Shown here: one piece after another, positions 1-11,367 of the stretch
Position numbering within the stretch: position 1 is the first letter of the stretch
How the letters are laid out: every line of letters begins with the position of its first letter
DNA from: Podarcis melisellensis
Taxonomy: Eukaryota
Assembly: GCA_964234715.1 (NCBI GenBank)
Contig: OZ174278.1
Length of the DNA stretch: 64,000 nucleotides
Direction: 5' to 3' (one strand)
The notes under the pieces: model-generated
What the model was told of the DNA's origin: nothing
Databases searched by the model: none
What the model saw: only the letters and a program-made list of their open reading frames with translations
Translations under genes and position numbers: made by a program

Positions 1-1430
1 CCAGAAGTCTTGATGACCTGGAGAACAAGCTCCTTTCTCAAAGTATAAGGTTTGGTGTAGTATAAGACAAATAGAAAAGTCTTCCAGAATATAAAAACTA
101 CTAGAGACACATCTCGTAGGCTGTCACTTTTTAGTGATTTTGTGGCACATGGATTTAATTCATTGAATTCATAGCCATTTATAATGGATCAATAATTAGT
201 CCTAGAATCCAAAATTCTACCTTTGGAGAAATAATAGGTTTTTTGTTTTTTTCTCTAACGTAGTGAGCACTATAATTACAAATTATCAGAAGTGCTGTTG
301 AATTATGTACTGAGTGTTACAGTGAGATGAAAGGTGGTTAATTCAATGTGATCAAAGTGCCTTAAAGAACAATGGAATGGAATGGAACTTCATGAAATGC
401 TGAACAAAGCTGTGATCAGAGCACTCCGAGACCATCTAGTAAAAGCATTCTCTTCTAAAGTAGGGGTTCTATTGTTATATCCTTGGGAGTATGTTTCATT
501 GAACTCAGTTAAACGTGTTCTAAATAAACATGCATAGGATTTTGCTATGTCTAAATCACTTTTATGATGATAATGACACCTCAAAAATATCTAGTAAAAG
601 TTTATAAATAGTATTCTCATCTGTTTGATGTTTGATTAATGAGAAGTTATGTTCTCCCTCTTAATACTACAAAATAAGAATAGGGCTTTGGGGTTAATTG
701 ATAATGAGATTTTGTTCACAGGATTTATTTTAATTTCTCTTAAGAGTGCTTATGATAGAACTGATTCATGCTGCGATTATTTTGTTTGCTCATCACCAAG
801 TGTTGTTAGAATAAGAAATCCAACCTAAATGTGAGTCCATTTCAACTTTTTTGGTCATTAATTTAACAAATATTGAAAGTTAACCCTCTTTCAGAGAAGG
901 AGAATTCACATTAATTGCTAAAAGCTGAATAACAGCCAATGGCAGGGGGTGCTGGTTTACTTAATACAAGATTAAATAAAATGAATAATTAGGAAAGGGA
1001 CATAATCATGCTGCCTACACTTTTTGCTTTGGCCATGCATTGAGGAAATGCGCAGAATTATGAAATGAAGCCACCTCAACACTTTCCAGAACCTTATGTT
1101 CTATAGTAACTAGCTGTTTTCATGGTAATGGTTGATAATTGACTATAATTCAAAGTGTGAGTGTACTAATTCATGTTTATTAGAAAATAGCTTGAGAGGT
1201 TATAAAGACAGTGAAAGAGCCACGGCCTAATTTGAGTTCAGCCTAATTTAAAACTAAATAAAACCCATTTTACCCACCTCCACTTTGGGCACTTGCCACT
1301 TTGTCCCTGAATAAGATGCAGCCACAGAGAAGCAGCTTTAGCATCTACCCAAAGAATGAAAATAACTGGCATTTAGGCAAACAATGTACAGCATAAGCTT
1401 TTAAATGCCTGCCTGATCAAGAACACCTCT

Positions 1431-1594
1431 GTGCTGGGTAGCTCAGTCAGAGCTGTCCAGCACAGAGCATGAGACACTTAATCCAAGGGTCACAGGTTTG
1501 AGCCCCATGTTAGGCAAAAGATTCCTGCATTGCAGGGGGTTGGACTAGATGACCCTCGGGGTCCCTTCCAACTCTACAATTCTATGATTCTATG
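1431..1594 (+). mobile_element. tRNA-derived SINE with CR1-type 3' tail (POM/Squam2-like)
   Basis: tRNA-like head (TAGCTCAG...GAGACACTTAATC, degenerate B box GGTTTGAGCCCC). It is followed by the CR1-like 3' end GGGTTGGACTAGATGACCCTCGGGGTCCCTTCCAACTCT and an (ATTCTATG)2 tail. Confidence 0.85.
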
Positions 1595-2126
1595 TGTTCC
1601 ATCCAGACACGTGTTCACAGGACTTCAGCCTAACAGCACAATCCTAATATTCCATGTGGCACAGACCCTGAGCTACACCCCAGTTAGCTGCTGCCACCAG
1701 TTCTCATATAGGGAGCTCAGCATAGAAAGTCCCGAAAAAGGGTTTTCAGGGTTATTGCACTTCTGGGTCACTGACAGCTTTGGATTCACTATCTCCAAAG
1801 CCCTGTGAGTCCATGGAGGGACCTGATCCTTCAGTTACCCTCTGGAGTTGCTGCAGCAATTGTTGCATATAATGAGACATTGAATATAAACAAATAGATT
1901 TTTTCCCAAGGTCACATCTGTGGACCAAAGCAACTTCATTTGAAAACAACAACCATTTTAAATTGCATATGTGATTCATAGCAAATACTTCCATGCTACA
2001 CCATTCCTGTATAACATGAAGTAAACTAAACAGAATGCTAAGACTTACATGGGCCTAAGACATTTTGAATGCAATGGGAGTTACTTCTGACTTACAGATT
2101 ACCTCTGTAAGGGCAATATCTTATGG

Positions 2127-2473
2127 CAGGGATGTCTAACTCCCAAGAGACTGTGATCTAGTCCGGGGGGGGGGGCAGCAGTGATCTACCCATGGGGGGG
2201 AGCCAAAGTTGTTGAGCTTTTTTGTAGGGGGCACCATGGTTCTGTTGCTTTTTTGGGGGACGCGCCATAAAACACTGCCCAAGTACTAAACCCAGCAGCG
2301 GTAGCTCCATCTTCAGTATTTGCCTTCGTGTGCGATTGAACGACAGAGCAAGGGAGCGGCGTTGGATGCTCCTTCCCCCCCACGGAGGAAAATGAGACTG
2401 TGATCAACCACGATCGACTGCTAGCACCCGGGGGTCATCCTGTCGTTCGCGGTCAACTGGTTGAACATCCCTG
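2127..2473. mobile_element. Non-autonomous hAT (Charlie-like) MITE
   Basis: TIRs CAGGGATGT.../...ACATCCCTG. 8-bp TSD tcttatgg (2119-2126) / tcctatgg (2474-2481), one mismatch. Confidence 0.85.
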
Positions 2474-4106
2474 TCCTATGGTACCCACCCACTTGTAAAA
2501 TGGATATTCAGCTGTGAAATGCAACCAAGTTTCTCTCCTTCTTTCTCCGTGCAGCTCCTCATAGGCCTCCATCTGTTCTGGAGGGTCTTCCAATTGCCTA
2601 CCCATGCTGCATCGGTCCTCGTCTTAAGATTCTTTTGTAAAGTAAAGGCCACTAGAAATCATATTTGCAATAATTTGTAACAGCAATATAGTGTAATCCT
2701 CCTGAATCCTCTCTATTTGAATTACTAGTTTGAATTACAACGTGGGCAGATTGAGCCCACGTTGATTTCTTTCAAAGCTTATAATAATCAATAGATAAAA
2801 TAACATACCTTACATTGCCATATTCAAATCCCAATTATTTCGGAATCAAAAGGATGCTGGTGGGTAGTACTCAGTGAAACATTTCAGTATAAAGAGTAGC
2901 ATCCTCATTGTTATCCTGATTCAGCTTCCTCTGCTGAGTGCAAGAGTTCATTTGAATATCAAACATAAGGGGCATTGCACTGTGCTTAAGTATAATATGT
3001 CACAGTTTGCTTTAATATTCAAAATATTATATGACATCTCAAGTAAGTGTATCATAAATTGCCAACAAATCCACACCACCTACTTTTCTGATGTAGTGAA
3101 ATTTCTCCTCTGGCATGTTTCTAGTTGCCCAGGCAGGCACATTATGTGATCCATGAGAGCAGCAAAATAACCAGACTGTACCATGGTGATGGGATAAAAT
3201 CAGGGCAAATCTTCATTGACAGCAGCAGCAGGCAGGGCAAGGGTTGGCGTGGCATTGGCGTGGAATCAGTTCATCATTCCACAAGCCCCAAGTTGATGGA
3301 AGGGATCCACTGGGTTTGGATCACTCTAAACCTGTACAATGGGAGCCAGCCAGTTGGCCAGGCTCTAACCTCAAGATAAGTGGGCAGGAAGCTCTCAAAG
3401 CAAAATGGCTGTGAGATCCAGGGAAAGCAGCCTTATATAAGCTTTCTCCTCCCCTCTTCAGCAAGGGCTCATGGGACAGCTTTTTCCTATGAGCCCATCA
3501 CACAGAGAAGATACTGGACAAAACCTTGCCCAGTATTTTGCTGCAATCTAAGGGTTACAGCACTGCCGGGCAAAGGCACCCCATGCTTATTGGGCATGGA
3601 ACAGAGCTTATTGTAAGAATTCCAGAAATAAGCTCTCCAGCCCAGCAGGGTTTGCTTTATGCAAATACAAAAGCCTTGCACATGCATTGCCACTGTGGAT
3701 GCAAATGTGAATCTGACATGCTTGTTGCAAGACTTCTTGAACTGCATTTCATGATAAGGGTAGTGACATGAAAATGCACTGGAAAGACTTGTGTTGATGC
3801 AGTGTCATCTGAGCTCCCTGTGAACAAATCAGTGTGGATGCTTATAAAATGGCAAGTGTTGTCTAATTTCCCTGCAAACTAATCCTGGTGAATGCTCAAT
3901 AAACAGGTTATCAGGAAGTCCGTACAGATGGGAGGGAGGGGAGGAACTACATGGTTGAACTTGGATGGTTAAACTTACAAAAGACTCATTTTGTGATCCT
4001 TCAAGACAGAATTCCAAGAAAGGATTAACACTTTGCTTGCTTACCAAGTGGTGTGACATACATCATTTTCAATAATTGAACATTTAAAGTAGTGACCCTT
4101 TAATTT

Positions 4107-4220
4107 TGTGGTCCTCCATAGAGTGTTGGACTACAACTCCCATCATTCCTAACCCGTGGCTGAGACTGGCAGGAATTGGAGTCCAATCACATCTGGCAGG
4201 GCACAGGTTATCCTTTGCTG
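4107..4220. mobile_element. Short quasi-palindromic hAT-type MITE, degraded
   Basis: Core GGACTACAACTCCCATCA...GGAGTCCAATCACATCTGG is shared with copies at 4838, 35215, 27655 and 28341. Confidence 0.6.
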
Positions 4221-4837
4221 CTGTAAAGAGGCCCAATTTCTCATTCATCTTCAGCATAGGTACAGCTCCAGAGGCCTTGCTTCCATTTTGCTTTAAATCT
4301 CACCAAGAAAGCACGTCCACCAGAAAATTAGAACCTAAAGGCACACAAGCTGACAATTTATCACCATCCTGAAACAGAATGCCTATTATCTATGTGTTTG
4401 CCTATAAGGCATGTAGCAGGCTAGGTGAAAATCAGAACATAAGTCTCACTTAAAGAATTCCCAGAGTTGCAATATGCAAGCCTTCTGTTCTCTCCAGAGG
4501 AACTGGGAAGTTAAAACAATGTTATGTGGCCTTTTTAATGTCTTAAGATATTTCACTGGTGACAAACTTTTGATGTGACAAATATGGCATTGTTTTTCCA
4601 GACCATTTTTATTTGATATAGAGACTTCCAACTGAAAGGACTGATAGCATAATCCTTGTGGAGTTACTATAAGAAAGCAATTCTGCATGGCTGACTGATC
4701 TGTGATGTTCAGGTTTGACTACTGGAAGTAGCTGGGGAGGTATATTTTGCCGAGAAGTGACAGCATATGCTACTGAATGTAGCGCTTCATATTAGGCATG
4801 GATTTAATTCAAAAAAGATTAGGTGATTGCCTTGGGT

Positions 4838-4975
4838 CAGGATTGGGGGATCTGTGGGCCTCTAGATGTTGCTAGACTACAACTCCCACCATCCTGAAGA
4901 TTGGCCATGCTGGTTGGAGCTGATGAGAGTTGGACTCCCAACAAAACCTGGAAGATCACTGGTACCTCACTCCAG
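4838..4975. mobile_element. Short quasi-palindromic hAT-type MITE, same family as 4107
   Basis: CAGGATTGGGGGATCTGTGGGCCTCTAGATGTTGCTAGACTACAACTCCC...GAGTTGGACTCCCAACAAAACCTGG; the arms are self-complementary. Confidence 0.65.
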
Positions 4976-6702
4976 CCATAAAACAACAAAATGCATCGAG
5001 ACAACCCAATTTTTCTATCATGTGGTGGCATTTGCAATTTCCACATAGTGGCATCCTATGGATCGAAAGGAGACAAAGTATGCTAAGTACTGAATACCAT
5101 GTGTTAAGCATTTTTAGAAAATCTAGCTTGATGAAACCACGACTACTGAGGAGTCTGTTGTACACATCAGGCACTGAAGTTCTAGAGAGACCCTGTTATC
5201 TGAAGATTGTAGAAGTAACTGCATGCGTGAGAAACATTTTTCCTTGGATTTGCTCGGAATGGTTTATGTATATTTTAGCATTTTTAGCTCACAACTATTC
5301 ATTTAATGTAGGGAAAGCACAACACAGACCACACCTTGAATCTTGATACAGTACTGTGAGCAATCTCTTTTGCAGTGTTGTGTATATGCAGAGGGAAGTA
5401 AAAACATGATTGAACTGAAGGAAGTATAAGCTGTTTCTAAAAAGAGCAAATAAACCAACAACACCTGAGCTTGAAAAACACTCAACAATATTTGTAAAAT
5501 TGGGAGAGGAGTGAAAATTTTCTAATGCATCAGTTTCATTTGGAGTTTCAAAATTTGCAGATGAATTTTTTTGTACTGTGTGACTATCACTTCATGGTGG
5601 CATTGAGACTCTTTTACTTCAATTTCTGGAAAGAAAAATGAAGGTGATTGTTGTAGAAGTAAATATGGAGGTCCCTCTGCCTATATGGAGATAGGCAGAT
5701 ATCTGTCTAGGATACCAACTCACCTTATCATTTCTTTGGAAGAAGCCTATTCATAGATACATAAATTTGCATATGTGGGCCATGGCCTCCCCTTGTACTA
5801 ATGGGGACTGTGGTATGAAGAAAATATATTTGTGTAGTGTCAGCATGAAAGTCTAGACAGGGGAAAACTATTTGTGTTTCTGATCATCATGCACCCCTTT
5901 ATTCGGATCTCTAAAGCATCTACAGTTTAAAATTACACAGTGATTTAACTGTACTCTCTGAACAAGGTTTGTTTGAAGCAGTATGTGCAGTTTGAGTCAC
6001 AATATTAGTGAAAGTACATTGGAAATATTGGACAAAACGTGCCGCAGAAGACAACAGAAATTACTTTGGGATCTGGGGGATTTGAGCTGTGATAAGAGCT
6101 CAGTCAGGCATAGTTTCCATTGCTTGCAAACATAAGATGGTGGAAGAAACTGATGAAGTATATACAATATGCTGTAGGAAAGGCTATATAACCAACTTTC
6201 TATCTGAAATAATACTAAACTAAGAGACAAAAACACACTGATGATTTTGGAAGACAATAAAAGCTAAATTACTCAGTTATGTTGAGCACATTCCCCTTGA
6301 AACTGTCATTGTTTTCTCCCTTCTGAGCTGTTACAGAAAAAGAGAGAGAAAGAGAAAACAAACGGGGAGGAGGGACTCAAGCAGATTGAACTGGAAATAA
6401 ATCTTACTGAACTCCATGGAACTTACTTCTGAATAAATATGATTAGGATGAGGATATTTGGTTCATTCTCCCCTCTCCTCTCCACTGAGACGCGGCATAT
6501 TGCAATCACTTCAATGCCGAAATCTATGGATGGAGGCTGTGTACACATTCCTGTTTTAAAATGCAGTAAGGTGGTTCCTTTTCACTGTCTTTCAAACTCC
6601 ATTTGCTTAGTTTGATGTGGATACTGTATGCCCACATCCATGGGCTGAGACTGGGAGTGGACATCTTTACCCAAGAGGCAGATCAAGATTTGGATCAAAG
6701 CT

Positions 6703-7052
6703 AGGTAAAGGTAAAGGGACCTCTAACCATTAGGTCCAGTCGTGACCGACTCTGGGGTTGTGGCGCTCATCTCGCTTTTTTGGCCGAGCGAGCTGGCGTA
6801 CAACTTCTGGGTCATGTGGCCAGCATGACTAAGCCACTTCTGGTGAACCAGAACAGCACACGGAAATGCTGTTTACATTCCCGCCGGAGCGGTACCTATT
6901 TATCTACTTGCACCGCGTGCTTTCGAACTGCTAGGTTGGCAGGAGCAGGGACCGAGCAACAGGAGCTTACCCCATCATGGGGATTCAAACTGCCAACCTT
7001 CTGACCGGCAAGCCCTAGGCTCTGTGGTTTAACCCACAGTGCCACCCTCGTC
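6703..7052 (-). mobile_element. Sauria SINE, near full length
   Basis: Begins with the reverse complement of the (ACCTTT)n tail (GGTAAAGGTAAAGGGACC). Contains the diagnostic body GGTACCTATTTATCTACTTGCA...GCTTTCGAACTGCTAGGTTGGCAGGAGC. The tRNA-like head with B box is at the right end. Confidence 0.93.
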
Positions 7053-8299
7053 TAGTCTGGGGTAAAACACACTTTCACAAGAAACTACAGAACAGATGTG
7101 TGTTGTGGCTAACATATTATGTGCATGGCTTCTCAAGCAAGTGGTGGCATGTAGAGTACATTTCATGACCATGGAGGAGGACCAGACACAAGACGGCTAC
7201 TTTCAGTGAAATCCCCATGTGTTCAGTAATCTCTATTTCTGCCATCAGTGGCTCAGAAATATTAGTTCAGAAAGAGCATATTCTTTCACAAACGTTTAGA
7301 GTTGGGAAACTGGCTATTTTCAGAAGACAAGTTTGATCAGAGCTTGTGAAAACAAAGAGCTTGTATACCTTAGAATTCCAGGTATACATTCATGTGTAAA
7401 TATGTTGGTTAAATGAACCTTGATTCAAACAGAAGTGTGTGTTAATTGACTACAGAATGTGATGAAATAAAGATTAGCATATCTTCAGAAACAGGCCCTC
7501 AATTAAAAGCTGCTGGAATTCACAAGAATTGTTACCCCAAACAATTATTCAAGCACTTTAGTCTCTCTGTGAATTCTTAGGAGGATGTGCTTGTGATTCT
7601 GAAGTGTGGTAAAAGAAAGAAAAATACATCTCTTGCTGTAATTTTAACTAATGACATTTTCTGAAAGTGTTAGGATTGTACCCAACAATTTGCTCCGAAA
7701 ATTAAGTCACTGTTTATGCAGTGCTAGGGTAACTGTTACATCAATGAGCTGGAATTGAGATAACACTTGCTTTATCTTTACTGTTATATAGTTCAAGATT
7801 AGACCAACTTTAAAGTGATGAAAGCAAACAGATATAATGTTAGTTTTTAAATTAAAATATTAGTCATGAAATTAAGATGGTGTCAACAGCAATGAAGTTG
7901 TTTTGTCCTTTAATTATCTTTCTCACCTTGGGAAATGAAAAAAACAAACAACAACAAAAACAACATTGTAAAGAGGAAGCAATACAGAGGATGTATGACA
8001 ATAGCACTTTGAAGAAAAAACAAGTTATGGAAGGAACAAACAATGCAGCATATTGCTGCATGCCATGCAGAACTGAAGCTAAACAGTGCCTGAGACCTGA
8101 TTCAGCAGTTCATGGTATGGCAAGCCAAGGGGGCCTCTCCTTCCCCCAGCTCTCATAGTCCTGAAAATGCCAGGGATGAGCTTTTATGCTGGCCAATTGA
8201 CAGCAGTTTCATGTTGGAGTTGGTGGTTCATTTGGTTCTGGTTCATGTTGTCAAGGTCCAGACATGAATACTTTTGAATGGCTTCTGGAGCATCTAGTG

Positions 8300-9400
8300 A
8301 CTTTTGTCTCTTGCAACTTCATCATCCCCAGCATGCCCAGAGAGAACAGGTGGAACTGGAATTATCCCTCTCATCTGAGCCACATGTTGATGCAACATAT
8401 GGCCATTGGGAGTTTGAGTCCTGCAGGACAATGGTCCTATAGCTTGGGTTATGTTGGCAGGATTCCGTGTAATGTTAGGACTTACACAGTAAGTTCCTAA
8501 CTTACACAGGGTCTTCTGGGACAAACACATGGGCAAGTCTTTGAACTACAGCTCACTCCCTTGGGCAGTCAGGTCAGGGTGTATATAGTCAAACAGAGCT
8601 GTTAGCTGTGAGTTCATCAATAATTTAGCAGGGCTCATTTCAGTTGCACAGCAAGGTGTGGTGTGGTGTGTCAGGAGGAAGTTTGTAAGGTGATGGTCGC
8701 AGTCACCATCAATAATCCATTTCAATGCATGTTTTGTTGTCCTGGCCATTCATTTCTGGATGAAAATGGGTTGAAATGACATATTGATCAGTCTATTGTG
8801 CAGGAACCCCCCCCCCCATTTTCTGATACCATGGTACTTTGGCAGCCTGTGTGTTGCACAAAATATGCTTAAGGCTTTGATAACAAGGGGTGTTATTGCT
8901 GAAAAACTACTTCCAAACAGTAATCAAAATGGTCTATCCCTTCAAAGGGCCAGCAAAGTCAATATGAAGTTGTGACCATGGTGTACTGGGGCATACCATT
9001 GTGTTGGTAGTGAAATCTTACACTTGTCACACCTTTTGACACATTCTTCAATTTCACTGTTCACATAGCTGTCTATGCCCAAGTACACCAGGTTGTCCAG
9101 CATAGAGCCCCAACACACAATCTCTCAGAAAAAGTGGGAATAACAACTCTATTTCCCCACAGGAGGTATCCTTTGTGCACTGATAGTTCACATTGTTTGG
9201 ATACAAATGGTCTGATTTGCTGCTCAAGCTACCCTGATGACCATCCACTCTACAATCAAATGAAAACTTGGGCAAGAACCATTAACAAAATACAGTTCTC
9301 AGGATTCTTTGGTAGAAGCCAGGCCTGTTTAAAGTTGTATGGTACTGCTTTAAATGCATGGTACTGATGTGGGCCAAGTCTGGAAAGTTTTGGCATCCTC
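8300..9400 (-). mobile_element. Degraded Gypsy/Ty3 LTR-retrotransposon pol (integrase) remnant
   Basis: Minus-strand translation gives PWSQLHIDFAGPL (8939-8981, integrase core start) and RTTKHALK...FLLTHHTTPCCATEMSPAKLLM...IHPDL (ORF 8546-8749, integrase distal part). Frameshifts and stops occur throughout; boundaries are approximate. Confidence 0.8.
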
Positions 9401-9883
9401 TAATATTCTTAAGTTAAGGTAGAAATGGAAGTAGTCATAGATATTATCTGCAGTGGACTCAAATACTATAAAAAAGGGAGGAAAAATAAGTCCAAAATCA
9501 TTTGATATTATTGTCAATACTGTCATAAAGTAGTAATAACCTCTTGTAGTTAATGTTCTCTAGCAGAAGCAAAAATGTCACACTGACAGTACAAAAGTAA
9601 TGAGCTGTCCTCACCTGATTCTTTGTCTTGTTTAGACAAGTTTTTATTGACTTTTGATAACACATAAAAGAAAACAGCTTTATCAACATTTTACGTAACG
9701 GTTTGTAGGGGTTGTTTCATTTTCTTCTTATCTTGTTTCATTGACCTCCAAAATAATAATGTTAAGTCAAATGTGTTGAAATATTTAGAGCTAAATAACA
9801 CTTTCAGATTCTATTGACATGCTTTACTTTGTCATTTTGGTTAACAGAGATAACTTATTTCTTATTTAAAACAACAACAACAA

Positions 9884-10018
9884 CACAATTTTTCTAAAAA
9901 AAGGAGAGGTGCCAGAACTTACAATGATTGCCTCCCTTGTTGTCTTATAATGACAATGGTGCCTACTTGAATGGTGCTGGAACTGAGTTTCAACAAGTTC
10001 TTGCTGAAAAAGAGCTGA
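9884..10018. mobile_element. Short DNA-transposon MITE, degraded
   Basis: Internal repeated GGTGC(C/T)(A/G)GAACT motif and terminal T-run/A-run arms (...GCTGAAAAAGAGCTG). Resembles a common lacertid MITE from memory. Confidence 0.45.
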
Positions 10019-10027
10019 AAAACAGTT

Positions 10028-10282
10028 NNNNNNNNNNNNNNNNNNNNNNNNNNNNNNNNNNNNNNNNNNNNNNNNNNNNNNNNNNNNNNNNNNNNNNNNN
10101 NNNNNNNNNNNNNNNNNNNNNNNNNNNNNNNNNNNNNNNNNNNNNNNNNNNNNNNNNNNNNNNNNNNNNNNNNNNNNNNNNNNNNNNNNNNNNNNNNNNN
10201 NNNNNNNNNNNNNNNNNNNNNNNNNNNNNNNNNNNNNNNNNNNNNNNNNNNNNNNNNNNNNNNNNNNNNNNNNNNNNNNNNN
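10028..10282. other. Assembly gap (N run)
   Basis: Continuous Ns. Confidence 1.
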
Positions 10283-10569
10283 GCAGGAAAACATTCTATG
10301 TTTAGCACATGACTAAATTCCTACTTTTGTATAGGGGTGCAGAATTGTCAGTATATTTTAATAACTAGAAATGATGATGTGGTCCTAGGAAGCTTGCACA
10401 CAAAGAGGGCAGGTTTGAGAGATCCATTTCCTACTGTTTGCTCCCAGCACCTGATGATCACAGATGTACTGACTATACCAGAGGCTGTACAGTAATCTGT
10501 TTACAGAGTTTATCCCAGTGAATTGCCTTTTAAAATCTCCAAATCTAGTTCCCACTTCCACATCTTGTA

Positions 10570-11367
10570 CAGTGGTGCCTCGCAAGACGAAATTAATTCG
10601 TTCCGCAAGTCTTTTCGTCTTGCGAGTTTTTCGTCTTGCGAAGCACGGTTTCCCATAGGAATGAATTGAAAATCAATCAATGCGTTCCTATGGAAACCGC
10701 CTTCAGACCAGGTCCGGGGACAGTCTGTCCCCCGACCTCTTCTGAAGGCCGGCGGGGGGCGAAAGTCTTTGCTCCCCCCCCTGCCTTCCCGGGACAGCGG
10801 AGACTTCTCCGCTGTCCCGGGGCGATCTTAAAATGCTGGCAGGCGGCAGCGAAGCCTTCACTGCTGCCCACCAGCATTTTAAAAAACCCCGGGACAGCGG
10901 AGGACTTAAAAGCCCCTGGGATTTAAAAGCCCCTGGGAAGGCAGGCAGGGGGGACAAAGACTTTTGCCCCCCGCCAGCCTTCAGGAGAGGTCCTGGACCT
11001 CTTCTGAAGGCCGGCGGGGGGCGAAAGTCTTTGCTCCCCCCCCCGCCTGCCTTCAAAAGCCGTCCGGGATAGCGGGAAGCGCTTCCCTGCTATCCCGGAC
11101 TGCTTTTAAAATGCTGGCGGTGGGGAGCAAAGCCTTTCGGCCCCTGCTGGCCTACTTGGACCTCTTCTGAAGGCCGGAGGGGAGCGAAAGGCTTTGCTCC
11201 CCACCGCCAGCATTTAAAAAAGGTCCCCGGAGATTTCCCTATGGGCTTTCTTCTTGCGAAGCAAGCCCATAGGGAAATTCGTCTTGTGGAACGACTCAAA
11301 AACGAAAAACTCTTTCGTCTTGCGAGTTTTTCGTTTTGCGAGGCGTTCGTCTTGCGGGGCACCACTG
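10570..11367. mobile_element. Tc1/mariner (Tigger/pogo-like) non-autonomous element
   Basis: TIRs CAGTGGTGCCTCGCAAGACGAA / TTCGTCTTGCGGGGCACCACTG, flanked by TA on both sides (10568-69, 11368-69). Repeated subterminal TTCGTCTTGCGA motifs. GC-rich internal repeats (GACCTCTTCTGAAGGCCGG x3). Confidence 0.92.

Noticed and set aside
1-540. Protein-like short frames (RSLDDLENKLLSQS; MELHEMLNKAVIRALRDHLVKAFSSK)
   Set aside because: No good splice signals or recognisable homology, and the first is truncated by the window edge.
9866-10308. Long ORFs in the track spanning X runs (also at 35934-36317 and 62503-62750)
   Set aside because: Artefacts of translating N gaps.
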